Positions 38,914 to 52,491 are shown, counted from the first letter of the stretch. The stretch is 64,000 bases of DNA from Phaeosaccion multiseriatum (GCA_965112735.1 OZ218956.1:372001-436000); one strand, 5' to 3'. Notes: generated by a model from the sequence alone, not told the origin. Program-made: numbers and translations.

Positions 38914-40027
38914 TCACCCCGCCACGCCGCCCTCCTTCCCTCCCCGACTACCCCCTCCCCCGTCCCCCTCCTGCTCCTCCTGCTCGTCCTCCTCCTCCTC
39001 CGCATACCTGCCCACCGTGGCCTGACAGACCTCCACGAGATGCTCAAGCCTCTTGGTCACCGCGGAAGGAGCGCAAGGCATCTTTCCCGCCCGCCTACCG
39101 TACCCATACTCCTTCATACCACCCACACCGCCCTCCTCACTCCCCTGCTGCTCCCCCTCTTGCCCTCCTTCCCTCCCTCCCTCCTGACCCCCCTCCTGCT
39201 GCTCCCTCTCGAGGTGCTCGAGTTTGTTTCGAGCCTCAGTGAGGAAGTGCTGCACTGCGGCGAGCTCCTTGTCGAGCCTTCGAGCCTCGGCCTTGCTCAT
39301 GACCTCGACTTTGTTTCGATACTCCTGATATAGACGGGGTTTGTACAAGGGCAAGGGAAAGGGCAGGGGCAAGAAGGGAGACAGGGCAGGGGTAAGAGGA
39401 GGGAGAGAGGCACAAACTAGAGACATGCAGCCGGTGGGAGGGATGGATCGGGCAGTGGGGACTACAGAGGAAAGAGCTATACAGAGAGTACGGAAGGTTA
39501 GGTGGTGGGGGCAGCGGCAGGGCCCGGTCCTGACACCCACCGTCTCTCGAATGAGCAGAGCATCATCGAGGTCGTCAAGCGCGTTGGTGAGGTCTTCCCA
39601 GGCCTTGCGTCGCTCCTGGACCAGCTGCCCCACCTCGGCCTGCAGCTTGACCAACACGTGCTGGCGGAAACCAAAGCAAGCCACACATGGATTATGTGTA
39701 ATGCAGAGTCGGGGTGCGGAGAGGGGCGGGGGGGTAGGCAGAGGGCCGTGAGGCTGGGAGGAAGGAGTAGAGTAGGTATATGGGCAGACAGGCATATAGG
39801 CACACAAAGAGGCATATGGGGCGCAGGAACGCAGGCAGGCTTATGGACAGGCATCCGTAAAAGCGTACAGGCAGGTAGGCAGGCCGGCACATGGGCAAGC
39901 AGGCAGGCAGGCAAATGGGCTGGCCGCGGTACCTGAAAGTCCTTCCGGTGCCTGCTGCCACTGCTGGCGCTGCCCCCCTCGTAGATCCAGTCCTCCGCCT
40001 CCTCCAGCTTCAGCAGCATGGCCTGTA

Positions 40028-40081
<54 letters not shown>

Positions 40082-42057
40082 TCGTCAGGAGTAGTGAGAG
40101 GTATGAGAGAGGTGGGGAGAGGGGCGCTGTCAGCGCGTGAGGGCCACTCACTACACGGAAGGACACACACACGCACGCACGCACACACATACGCACACAC
40201 GCACGCGTACACGCGCACGTACGCACGCAAGCATGCGCGCAAACACACACACACACACACACTTCGCCGCCTCCCCCTCGGCCGTGGGGTGGCCTCACAC
40301 TCACCTTTGCCTCTTCCTCCGTGACGTAGGGAGCGTACCCACCGCCTGCCTCGCTGAGCTTCTCCCGTGCGGCGTAGATGTGGTCCTCCAGCGCGTTTCG
40401 AGCGTCGCCAGCCTCTCGGACCATCTGTGAGGGCCGGGGGGGAGGAGCAAGGGGTGGGGAGGGGAGGGGAGGGGAGGGGGGGGAGGAATGAGGGGCGGGA
40501 GGGGGGCCACGGGCGAAGTGTCAGCGAGACGAGACTGGAGCAGACGGGAACAGCAGAGGGGAGGCAGGAAGGAGCGAGGGAGCTAGGAGCTCTTATTGAG
40601 GTGGAGGGTCAGCGAGGAGGGAAGGAGGGGAGGGAGGGAGAGCGTCAGCGGAGCGGCGGGGTCCCGTCCGACATGTGAGCTACCGAGAAATGTCCTGACA
40701 CCAGCAATCCCCCTCCCCCTGCAGGTCCCCGTACCTCGTCCTGTGCTGCCAGCCTGTGCTCCTTGGTGAGAGCTTCGCTGAGTGCAGGCCCCGCGATGGC
40801 GTCACTGTGTGTGTGTCGCACGCTCAGCCCGCGGGAGGTCACCTCAATGTACACCTCCTCCTCCTCTGCTGCTGCTGCTGCTGCTGCTGTTGCTGTATCA
40901 CTAACTGCTGCTGCTACTGACCCCGGCCCCGACCTTGCTGCCTGCGCTTCTGATGCACTCCCTTCTTCGCTGTTCCGTTCTGCTCCCTCCCCGCCCGCCG
41001 CCTCGTCTCCACCCCCTTGTTCCTCTATTGGCTTGGCAACTTTCCGCTCTGTCTCCAGCACGGCGCTTGTCACCGAGGCAACCCCTCCTTCGTCCACGCT
41101 AATGTCGAGACAAACGTAGCCCGCTACAGGCCTGCTACTACTTTTAGTACTACTGCTGCTGCTTTCACTTCTACGACTACTGCTACTACTACTACTACTA
41201 CTGCTGCTGCTACTACTACTGCGGCTGCTACTACTGCTACTACTACTACTACTAACCCTACTTGGGCCCGGGTCGGTCCACCCCAAGTCCTTCCCCCTCA
41301 CCGCAAAGCTCGACACCACCCTTCCAGACACATCGTCCTCAACATCGACCACCACTTCCCATACCGGTCCCGCTCCGGCTCCGCCTCCAGTCCCCTTGGA
41401 GACAGAGGGAGGAGGAAGCAGCACATCGAGGTTTAGGGGCACTCTCACCACTTGTGTCAGCGGCACTGGCGTCCTTGCGCCCCACCGGAGTCGGCCTTCA
41501 GAGCCGGGCACGGTCTTTCCACCGTTTCCGCTGCTTTGTGGAGACGAAGACTCCCATAAGGACCGTGCTGCCTTGTCGCCAACTGCTTCTGTATCACCAA
41601 CTGCTGCATCATCAACTGCTGCGCTAGAGCTCCTAGAACTAGAGCCAGAAGAAGGCAGTGCCACAACTCGGAAGCTGAGGGATAGACCCAGAGAAGGCGG
41701 AAGGCGCTCCTTCACCGTGAAGGGTCGCATCTTGAAGAGCGAGCTCTGCTGAGCCGCGGCGAGGGCACACCCCTTGGCCACGCTCTCTGCGCTATTCATC
41801 GTACGCTCGACCTTGGCGGCTCCGAAGACGTCCTCAATGGCGTTACGGAAAAGCGGAATGTACGAGCCTGGGGAGGGGGAGGAGGTGGGGAAGGGAGGGG
41901 GTGAAGACCGGGGTTCAAGGGAGAGCAAGTGGGGGGACGGGTGGTGGTCTGGCTGCACGACTCGGAGCAAGTCGTGCCCACTGACTGCGAGTGTACATTC
42001 GATGTCGACTTCATGTATGGACTCGATATTGATAAGGCCAAATAAACTGAAAACTGA

Positions 42058-42088
<31 letters not shown>

Positions 42089-42700
42089 CACACGTACCTC
42101 CCCCGAGCAGCTCCACCCTCCCCACCCCGCTTGGCCCCACCCCCGCGTCCTTCAGCGCCGCCGAACACGCCTCTCGCACATCCTCCCTCAGGCCCAGGCA
42201 CAAGCGCTCCATCTCCTCCCTCGCTATAGTCACGCTCAGGTCAGCGTCGCCGTCCAGGCACTCCACAGACAGAGGCGCCGCGGAGTTGGCGCTGAGCGTC
42301 TTCACCACACGGGCGATGGCAGTCTAGGGGTGCGTGGGTGGGTGTGTGGGTGTGTGGGTGGGTACGGGTAGGAGGAGCAAGAGTGAGGGCGTGATTGCGT
42401 GCATGGGTACCTCCCTCCCTTCCTCCCTTCCTCCCTTCCTCCCTCCCTCCTTCCCTCCCTCCCTCCCGTCCTCACCATGAGCCTGTGAGTCGGTCTTGGT
42501 GCACCCCGTATGCGCATGCCCTTTGTCTGCGGCATGTCGTCGCACACATGGTCAAACACACGCCCCTCCACGCTCGCCACCCCGCAGCCCTTGGCGTACG
42601 CACGTCCCTGTATCACCAACCCGTGGGCTGTAAACGACGCCAGTGTGACCTGACACGAGGAGGCAAGAGAAGGAGAGGGAGAGAGGGACGGACAGAGAAG

Positions 42701-42749
<49 letters not shown>

Positions 42750-44630
42750 CGAGAGAGAGAACTTGTTGGCTTAGCTTAGGGAAGGGGGGGCTTGGGCTGC
42801 TGACGGATACATTAATTATCGTGAGGAACTGCGCTTCCCCACCAAGACGCGAGGTCAGATAGAGGACTGATAGCAGTCACTCTGAAAAGGGCCCTCATCC
42901 GCCCCTTGGGCATGGACGGGAGCGTACAGGTACAACAGTAGTCTATTGGTTTCGTTGTTTCGGTTGGCGACGGCATGCACTCGGCGAAGGAGCACCAACC
43001 GCCTTTCCTCTTCGATTCACCGTCGCTCAAAACTCACCCAACTCACTCACCTGCGTAGCGCTGTGCCCCACGTCCACGAAGGCCACTACTGAGTCCGCCT
43101 CCTCATGCTCAGCCGGTCTTCCATCCCCTCTGCTGCCACTGACGCTTGGCGACGACTGCTCGGATGCAGAGGTTCCCCGTTTGAGGATACCGTAGCAAAG
43201 GGCAATGGCGGTCCCCTCATTCATGAGGCCGTGTAGAGGGATGCCCTGCGGATGGGCAGGGACTTCGCGGTGGATGGAGGCGCCGTCCAACACGGCACGG
43301 CGCTGAGAGAGGGAGGAAAGGAAGGACAGAGGGGCAAGGTGAAGACGAGGTGAGCGCGCGGGGCAGAGAGGAGAGGAGGGTGTGAGCATGCTGCCGTGGA
43401 ATCAACGGTGATGGTGCTGGCGGCGGAAAGTCGATGCCGGTAGCTTGAGAGTGAAGCTTCGCAACGTAACGAAGAGAGGTCCGACGATCAGACAGCACGT
43501 TCACATGGCGAGACTGCGGTGCAGGGGGAGGAAGCGTCTACCCTGCCTGTGACGGTTCGTCAGGCACTCACTCCCTTCATGAGTCGACGCACCTGCTGTC
43601 GGGTAAAGTAACTGGGGACTCCACAGACCACGCAGGAGCTCCTCCCCGAGCCGCTGCGCTCCACCCTTCGATGCAGGTGGGCCATGATCATTCCCAGCAC
43701 CTCGCACGGCCTAAGGAAGGCAGTAGAAGGCAGCGGAAGTCTTTTACGCAGAGGAAGGATGGGTATCGAACATCTCCCTCTCTCTCTCTCTCTCTCTTAT
43801 CTCCCTACCTCCATCTCCCGACCTCTCTCTCCCTCCATGTCCCTCTCTCCCTCCATCTCTCCCTCCCTCTCTCCCTCCCTCTCTCTTATCCTGTCTCACA
43901 CCTGAGCTCCAGCTGCTGTCCTTGTATATGCTCCACAACGACGTCCCCCACGCCTTCCTTTAATGTGTACAGCCTTGGCACGGAGTTCCACCACTCTCTG
44001 CCCTTCTGTATCGCCCCTCTGCTGCCATCCTCTGGCCGCCCCTCCTCGGTCTGCTCCTCCTCCAGCAGTATCTGGTGAGTCGCGACGAGCAGAGGAATCG
44101 AGGTAACAGGAGCGGGGGCGTAGGGGACGTAGGGGGCGTAGGGGTTCGATAATCGGGGTTTGAAGCCGATGTGCACGTTCGTGCGAAGGCAAAAAGCGGG
44201 CCATTCGACCCCTACACATCCCCCCACTGACCTTGAAATTGGTTATCAAGTTGTTGGGCTTGACCGCAGGTTGCGTGGACGTGTATTCGCCCAGCAAGCG
44301 CCTTTCGCCATCAAAGTATATTGCGGAAGGCGTCTGGCGCTCGCTCACACCGTTGAGCACCACGTCCACTCCTCCTCGGTTGGCCACGGCCGTGACGCCG
44401 TTATGGTTGCCGAGATCCAGCCCCCAGACCAGGGGCTTCTGTGACCCGGCGGAAGCTGCGGCCGCCGATGCTGCTGTGGCGGAAAGCGACCCTGCATCTG
44501 CCCAGCTGCCGCGAGACAGGGCGAGGGGAATGAGGAGTGGGTGAGAGACAAACAGGCGACCCCGCCGCCGCCAACGCCGCTGTTGCTGCTGCTTCTGCTT
44601 CTTCTGTGTCCGCTGGAGAGGTCGCCGCAT
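38914..44630 (-). CDS. Divergent Hsp110/HSP105-type Hsp70-superfamily chaperone, multi-exon
   Basis: WGLDLGNHNGVTAVANRGGVDVVLNGVSERQTPS, VCGVPSYFTRQQRRAVLDGA, LMNEGTAIALCYG, VAFVDVGHSATQV, KTLSANSAAPLSVECL, VELLGGG, RTMNSAESVAKGCALAAAQQSSLFKMRPF, DARNALEDHIY, LEEAEDWIYE. Confidence 0.88.
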
Positions 44631-45161
44631 CGTGGTCACACGACGCTCTCTTTTTTTTTTCACTGATCGAACACTTGGCAAAGGTGTGGTGCGGAAATCT
44701 CAAACTCAAACCTTTGTCAGCTGTGAGCCGGAGCAGGTAGAACCCGGCGTGCGCGCCCATCCCCCTTGCTTCCTCTCCTTCCTCTCCCACTCCTATATCT
44801 TGTTCATCTTATGGTGCTACAGCCTCTTCAGCCGCAGTGGTATGTGATCTGCTGCGTCTTGGTGTTTCTTTCGCCTTCCCTCGCCGGTAAAAAGTGAGGC
44901 CCGTGCTTACTTTACTCTTCCCTGCGCGCTCTGCTGCTGTTACTGCTGCACCTCCTGCTCCTTATCCTTGCAGTTTCTCTTGTCTTTATTCCCAGATATC
45001 AGACCGGCCTGAGGCACTGTGGTGCAGAGCGTTATAACGGGAACACAGGCAGCTGAGAGCAACATTACAAGATGTAAATGATGGAAGGGAGTCGAAGGAG
45101 CGGCAGTATTTAGTGATAGCAGCGGCAGCGGCCCCCTTTCAATGTGTTTCACACCAACGCC

Positions 45162-46921
45162 ATGAAGGATCATAGCCCGCAAGGGAAGTCGTACGGGCCC
45201 AATGGCCCCAACCCTGCTGGTAACGGCAGGAATAGCAGCACCAGCCCCAACACCAGCGCCACGAGCAGGGACAGCAATACAGTAAACAGCAATCAAAGCC
45301 GCACCGGTAGCGGCGGTCTTCGCATCAGCAACAGCTCTCTTGGAAGCACCTCCACCGCGCGTCACCTCAGTGGGGTCAACAATGGTAGCGGAAGCAGCAA
45401 GCGCAGCAGCCGCGCCGGTAGAAGCGCGCTGATCCACTCCAGACTCAGGCCGCACACCGGGCGACGCTCCAGGAGGAACTCTCACGACGGGAGCCTACCG
45501 TACCACAATGCCCGATCTCGACCTAGTACTAGTGACAGCAGCAGCAGTAGCAACGGCCGCGGTGGTGTCTGTAGCACCGGCTTCGCCCCCTGGCGGTGCG
45601 CGATGGGCCTCACCAGCATCCGGCAGGTCTTCGTCATCACGCTGGTCATGACTGTGTACAGGTGAGAGGAGAGCCCCGCGGGATGGTCAGTGATGGCACT
45701 CTACTACTCGCCTTATAACAGCGAGGGAAGTAGTTCCATGCCGTGCGGTTCTATTGTCCGATGTCGCGGCGCACGGCAGACTAAGACGAGTGCACTAGCA
45801 CGGCCACCCCACCCACACTTTTTCAAAGCGCTTCTTTTTGCATTGAGGCACACTGCAAGCAAAACATTTCATGGTCACCTTTCCCCTGAGGCACAGAGCC
45901 AAGAAAGGGGTGAATCTTTGGCTTCGGTCAAGGCTTGAGGTCCCGGGAGGCAGGCAGGGACAAGGTCAGGGGATGAGAGCGAGCTAGGCACCAGGCATGC
46001 CCATTGTACCCTTCTCCTCGTGGTGCAGAAGACCGGCATACGAGCTGAGTGGGCCTCACGCACGCACCCACATGCAACCCTCCGTTCTGCCCGTTCTGCC
46101 CCCCGCCCCTCCCCCCTGCTTGCCCCCCTGTACTGTGTTGCGGCAGCTTGTTCCTACTTCACTGCAGCAATAACTTCCACATCGTAGACCGGGGGTGGAC
46201 ACCAGAGTCGCCAGAGGTGTATGAGCCGCCGACGATGGACGTCAATACGTGCAGCTGCGGGGGGCAGGAGCTACCGCTCGACAGTGTCATCCTCAGCCTG
46301 AGCAAGGTGCGCCACCTCCCTTACTTCCTTCCCTCCTTCCTTCTTCCTTCCTCCCTACCTTACCTGCCTACCTACCTACCTACCTACCTACCTACCTACC
46401 TGCCTGCCTCCTACCTACCTACCTACCTACCTACCTACCTACCTACCTACCTTCCTACCTTCCTCCTTCCTCCTTCCTTCCTTCTCACCTACCTGCCAAC
46501 TTACCAAAACGCCCCTTCACAGGCTGGCATACACATTGGGCTGAGACTGTCCGCTGCTCCCTCCCCTCCCCCCTGCAGCTGCCACACCCCTTCTTCTTGT
46601 TAATGTTATTCGTTCGACTTCTTCCCTCGTTCCTCCAATGGACAGCCCTTCCGCTTCTTCGAGAGCAATCACTGGTTCCACATTTCGGAATACTTCCTCT
46701 CTCGACACGCCGTGGTTGCCCCTCTGCTGCCGCCCAATGCCACCATCTTCATCGTGGCCAACAGCGAGGTGAGATGGCGAAGGGAGGGAGCTGTGATAGC
46801 GGCATGAAACTGTTGACACGGCACGTGCATCCGAACCCTGTTGTTTCATCACGAGTATCGAACCATGTTGTTTCATCGCGAGTATCATTGCCGCCGAACG
46901 GAAAAGCCTCTTTTGTGTGTA

Positions 46922-47003
<82 letters not shown>

Positions 47004-50000
47004 GGCCGTCCTCTTTTCTTCACTTTGCGGTGTGGACTAAATCGAACGACCGAACCGAACTGAACCGAACTGAACCGAAACACGGCATTGGACCGGAGAA
47101 GGTTTTTGTGGACCGGCTGGTGCTCATGACTTTCTTCCTCCTGCTCGTGGCCTTTACGGACGAGACCACGGTGCGGGTGGAGGTGCTTCCCAGCGCGGCG
47201 GTGCAAGAACTCAGGCACATTAAGGGGGAGGAGGTGCGTGGCGTGTGTTATTACTATTATGTCAGGGCTCACGCAGAGCGAGCGAGATGAGAGCAGTGTT
47301 CCTAACCTCTCTTGACCGGGTCTCCCTCCCTCCCTCCCTCCCTCCCTCCCTCCCTCTTTCCCTCACTTCCTCCCTCCATCCATCCCTTCCTCCCTCCCTC
47401 CCTCCCTCCCTCCCTCCCTCCCTCCCTCCCTCCCTCCCTCCATCCCTCCATCCCTCCATTCCTCCCTCCCTCCTTTCTTCCTCCATCCCTCCCTCCCTCC
47501 CTTTCTTCCTCCATCCTGGGGGCGCGAGAGGCGTGAGTGCGATACCCTTCAGACTAGCCCTTCGCCAACCAACGAGCACTAACGAGCCGAAACTGATACT
47601 CGTTTGGTCATCCCCTGCCCGCAGGTGCTGTCGCTGGATGTGAGCTCTGTGGACCGTTACGTTTATGACGCATCCCTCCCTCCGCTGAGGCGCCTCTACC
47701 GCGTACGGCACGGCCTCGCAGAGGGGGCCTACGACAGGTATGTGTGTGTGTGCGTGTGTGCGTTTGTGTTTTGTGTGTGTGCTGTGTGTGTGGACACGTA
47801 TCGACTGGACACGCAGATGGCACTGGATGGGGGTGGATGGGGTTGGCCTTCTTTCTGGTCTGTCTGTGTGTCTCTCTAGCGGTCTACCAGTCAGTCTGTC
47901 TGTCTGTCTGTCTTCCTATCTATCTATCAATCAATCTGTCTGTCTCTCTGGTCCATCTGCCTTTCCATCTGTCTGTCTATCTGTCACTGTGTATATCTGT
48001 CTCTGTCTCTGTCTGTCTGTCAGTCTATCTGTCTGTCCATCCATCCCAGACGGGGGGGCGATGTGTGTGGACACCATTGCTGCGCCTCTTAAGATTTTGA
48101 TTTGCCCCTATCGACCGACCTCAAGATGGGGGCTTGGCAGATTGATAACCTGAAACTGAAACTGTTTCTCGCTTGACAGAGAGGGTTTCCAGGCCGTGGC
48201 GGCGATAGTTGAGGAGGACGACGGGGAGGGAGGGCACCTTACAGAGTCGGGCAGGTACGAGTCCAGCTTCAGTTTCAGTTTATTAGACCTTTTCATGGGG
48301 GAGGTGTGTGGCCCCGTGTTGCCCGTGGTGGTTCGTACGCCTGTGGGGAGGTTCGATTCGTGGTGTCTGACCAAATCTTCTTCTTTTTTCTTTTTTGTCT
48401 GCCTCGACTGCTTTGACCACCAAACAAACGAAAACAGAGACGCAGAGATGGACGGAAACTTGGGCGGAGCGATGGGCGGAGCGAGTTTCGGGGAGGAGGC
48501 GCAGCAGCCAGCCCGCCTGCTCGACCGGGGCAGGCGGGAGGGAGCGGGGGACAAGAGGCGGCAGCTGGAAGCTCGCCCCATACTCACTTCGAGTAACGCC
48601 ATACTCACTTCGAGTAACGGGTGTCAGAGGGGGGGCGAGGAGGGCACAGCAGTGCCGGCTGTTGCTGTTGCTGTTGCTTCTGCCCCTCTCCCTGGCCGCC
48701 GGGAAGGAGGGGGGAGGAAAAGACTCCTCGGAGGTGTGGGGAGGGTGGCTCAATGGAATGAGGGCGCCGGTCTTTTGGATCGGGGCGGAAGTGGTACGGC
48801 GGGGGGTGGGGCCAGCGGGGAGAGGGAGAGGGAAGGAGGGGGACGAGGGCTGGAGGAAGTGGCGTCACAACTACTACAGACGTGGGGTGAAGGGGCAGGG
48901 GCACAAGTGGGTGAGACGATGCACAAGCACCAGGAGGGAGAGGGAGAAGAGACGGCGGAGGTAGGGGAGAGGGTGGAGGGGCGAGAGGGCGGGGGAGAGA
49001 CGGGTATACCACGGAAGGACAAGAAGGGAACGAGGAAGCGCCCGAGAGTGACAAGGAGAGAGACGAGCATAAAGGGGGGAGGACAGGAGGGGCAGAGCAA
49101 ACAACAGGGGCACGGGCAAGGACAAGGAAAGATGGCAGCAGAGGGCGGTTCGGGCTGTGAATGTGCTACGTGGGTAGGCGAGTACGGGTCAGCGCCCGTG
49201 GAGAGGGGCTTCTGGTTCGGGGGAGAAGAAGGCGTGAGGAAGGCAAGGAAGCGCGTTGACCACCTGTGTGGGGGCACCTTTCAAGCAAAGTGAGTGAGGT
49301 GGGAGATGGGGAGGGAGGAGAAGAGGGGAGGGGGGCGCAAAGGCACACTGTGCCGGTGAGTGAGTACCCCACCCCCCCCACCCCACGCTCTGTCACTCAC
49401 TGGCGGTTCACTGCTTCTCTACTTCTCTGCCTTCTCCGCCCTTCGCATGTCAGGAAGCGAGCGGCTGAAGCAGCAGCAGCAGCAGCAGCAGGAGGAGGAG
49501 GAGGAGCGGCGGACGGCGATGGGGGAGGTGTGACCCCGCCTGCTCCGGCACCACCTCACCGGTTGGTAATCTACCAACGCGACTACAACAGACGCCTCAT
49601 CAACATCAGCGCAGTGGAGCACGAGCTTCGAATCGCTCTGGGGCGGCAGTGGGAGATTACCACCCTATTGCACAGCAACGGGCACCACCCTTGCTTCCTG
49701 TATGAAACGTTGATGGATGCGGACATTCTCGTCACTCCCCATGGCTTCCAAAGCATGCTGCTGCTCTTCATGCCTCCGGGCTCCACCATTTTTGAAATTT
49801 TCCCCTACAAATACTGGAAAGAGGTGAGAGAGTTGGTGATGCAGAGGGAGGGAGCGAGGGCGTGAGTGAGTGAGTGCGTGAGGGAGGGAGAGAGGGAGTG
49901 AGGGAGGGACGGAGTGAGCTGGTGATTGAGAAGGAGCGAGTAAGTGAGTAGGTGAATGAGGGAGAGAGGGAGGGAGTGCGTGAGAGAGGGAGTAAGTGAG

Positions 50001-52033
50001 TGATGTGGGTTTGTAGATGGGAGTAAGTAAGTGAGTGAGGGACGGAGGGAGTGAGCGAATGGGTGAGTGAGTAAGTGAATGAGTGAGTGAGTGAGTGAGT
50101 GAGTGAGTGAGTGAGTGAGTGAGTGAGGGAGGGAGGGAGAGAAGGGAGTGCGTGAGGGAGGGAGAGAGGGAGTGAGGGAGGGACGGAGTGAGCTGGTGAT
50201 TGAGAAGGAGCGAGTAAGTGAGTAGGTGAATGAGGGAGAGAGGGAGGGAGTGCGTGAGAGAGGGAGTAAGTGAGTGATGTGGGTTTGTGGATGGGAGTAA
50301 GTAAGTGAGTGAGGGAGGGAGTGAGGGACGGAGGGAGTGAGCGAATGGGTGAGTGAGTAAGTGAATGAGTGAATGAGTGAGTGAGTGAGTGAATGAGTGA
50401 GTGAGTGAATTTGTGAGTGAGTGAATGAGTGAGTGAGTGGGAGACGGAGTGAGTGAGTGAATGAGTGAGTGGGGTAGTGAGGGAGTCGTGAGTGATGTGG
50501 GTTTGTGGATGGGAGTAAGTAAGTGAGTGAGTGAGGGGGTGGATGGGTGGGTGGGTAAGTGAGTGAGTGAGTGAGTGAGTGAGTGGAGCGGGTGGGTGGG
50601 TGGGCGGGTGAGGGAGCTGGTGGGTGAGTGGGTGGGTGAGTGCTTCTCTGCCAGGGCGGGGCAGTGGCATGCTTGTGTGTCGGGTAGAGGGTCGAGCGCG
50701 CCTACGAGCATTTGAGTTCCAATTTGCTTAAACGCCCCCCCCTACCCTCCTCCCCTCCCCCTCCTTCCTCCCCTGCTGACTCCGACTGACTGACTCTGCC
50801 TGACTGCTCGGTGCGTAGGGCTATGCTCCCCTCGCGGAGGAGTGGGGGCTTGGGTATGAGTATATTATGAGCAGGAGCGTGTCTCTGCTGCGAGGGTTGG
50901 TGCTCTTCTTCATCCCTTCCCAGCAGGTCATGCGCAACATTCACTTCCGCAAGTTCAGCCGGTGAGTAAGGGGTTTGAGAGGGGTATAGGGGGAGGGAAA
51001 CATGGATGTGATGGGGGTATAGGGAGAGGGAAACATGGGTGTGAGGGGGGTATAGGGGGAGGGAAACATGGGTGTGAGGGGGGTATAGGGAGAGGGAAAC
51101 ATGGGTGTGAGGGGGGTATAGGGGGAGGAAAACATGGGTGTGAGGGGGGTATAGGGAGAGGGAAACATGGGTGTGAGGGGGGTATAGGGGGAGGGAAACA
51201 TGGGTGTGAGGGGGGTATAGGGGGAGGGGGTCTTGAGGTTGCACTTGGCGGGGGGTTGTCCAGCTCGGGGGTGCACCTCGGTCAGTCGGGGGGTTGGTTG
51301 CCTGCTTCCCTCCCTTCCTGTCCTTGCATGCCCTTGCGTGGCTGGCGAGTGAGTCTCTTCTCTTGTCGCATTCTCGTCGGGGCGCTGCTTTCCTTTGCTT
51401 TAGGGGCTGTGTCTCTCTCTGACTGAGGCTCCTCAGCCTCTGCTGTTATCCTCTACTGCCATCGACTGCCATCCTCTACCCTGTGACACTCATCGTCCGC
51501 GGGCCGGGGGCGTAGGAGGGGGGCTATTTGTACATTGCGCTCTTTGGAACCTATACCCCCCCCAGCCCTGCCTGGGCGAGCCTTCCTTCCTTCCTTCCTT
51601 CCTTCCTTCCTTCCTTCCTTCTTTCCTTCCTTTCTTCCTTCCTTCCCTCCTTCGGGCGCGTGTGGTCTGTCGGTCGCTTACAGTCACTCTGTGCGCTTCC
51701 TCCCTCTCCGTGCCCTCCCCACGCTCTCTCGCCCTGCCCTGTAGGGCGGACGACGTTGTGCTAGAGCTCAGGCATGTTGACCGCATCGCAAGGGCAGCGG
51801 CGGCAGCCACCAAGAGCAAGAGGGGCTACATCGAGGAGGAGGAGGAGGAGGAGGAGGAGGAGGAGGAGGAGGAGGAGAGGAATGAGGAGGGGCATGAGGA
51901 GGAGGAGGAGGAGGAAGAAGAGGGGAAGGAGGAGGAGGATGAGGAGGAGAAGGGGAATGAGAAGGAGGAACAGGGGGAGGAGGAAGAGGAGGAAGAGGAG
52001 GAAGAGGAGCAGGAGGAAGCAGAAGGCCAGTAG
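45162..52033 (+). CDS. Glycosyltransferase family 61-like type II membrane protein, multi-exon
   Basis: N-terminal TM (VFVITLVMTVY..LFLL), NHWFHISEYFL, and GT61 core RLVIYQRDYNRRLINISAV..DADILVTPHGFQSMLLLFMPPGSTIFEIFPYKYWKE|GYAPLAREWGLGY. Poly-E tail to stop at 52033. Confidence 0.85.
49860..50640. repeat. Intronic compound (GAGT)n/(GGGA)n microsatellite with an internal ~200-bp duplication (period ~270 bp)
   Basis: Block containing GAGCTGGTGATTGAGAAGGAGC and GATGTGGGTTTGT recurs at ~49872 and ~50146. Confidence 0.85.
50980..51226. repeat. Intronic 33-bp G-rich minisatellite, ~7 copies (GGGGGTATAGGGGGAGGGAAACATGGGTGTGAG)
   Basis: Directly visible tandem array after the 50963 donor. Confidence 0.93.
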
Positions 52034-52491
52034 GATGAAGAGGCAGAGGGAGGAGGAGAAGGGTAGTGGACGAGGAGGAGGACTTTCAAGCCTCTCTGAA
52101 GAAGCGTGAGCCCTCCTGCCTCCCCTCCCTCCCCCCTCCTCCCCTCTCTTTATAAAAGTAGCTGCTTCAAGGCAAGTCTGTTTGAATACAATTTCAACTC
52201 TGGAGCAAGCCTTTCCTCCACAGACCCCCAATCTCACCAGTTACCAGAGCCGAAAGAGGAAGAATGCCCCCTGCGTCAGTTTGACTGCTCCCACGTAAAT
52301 GCATCCTTTGGAGTGCTCGAGCCAGTCGAGAACAAAAAGAGGGGCAATTTTTTTTGGCCGAAACCGTCAAAAAGGCTTATTTTTACTTTTGTAGGGGTGC
52401 CTCGAAGAAGATGAAAGAGGCAGTTTCCGCCCCTCCCCCTCGGCTCAAACTGGCTTGCTCCCACGTCACCTGAAGTGGAGTGACAAGAACG

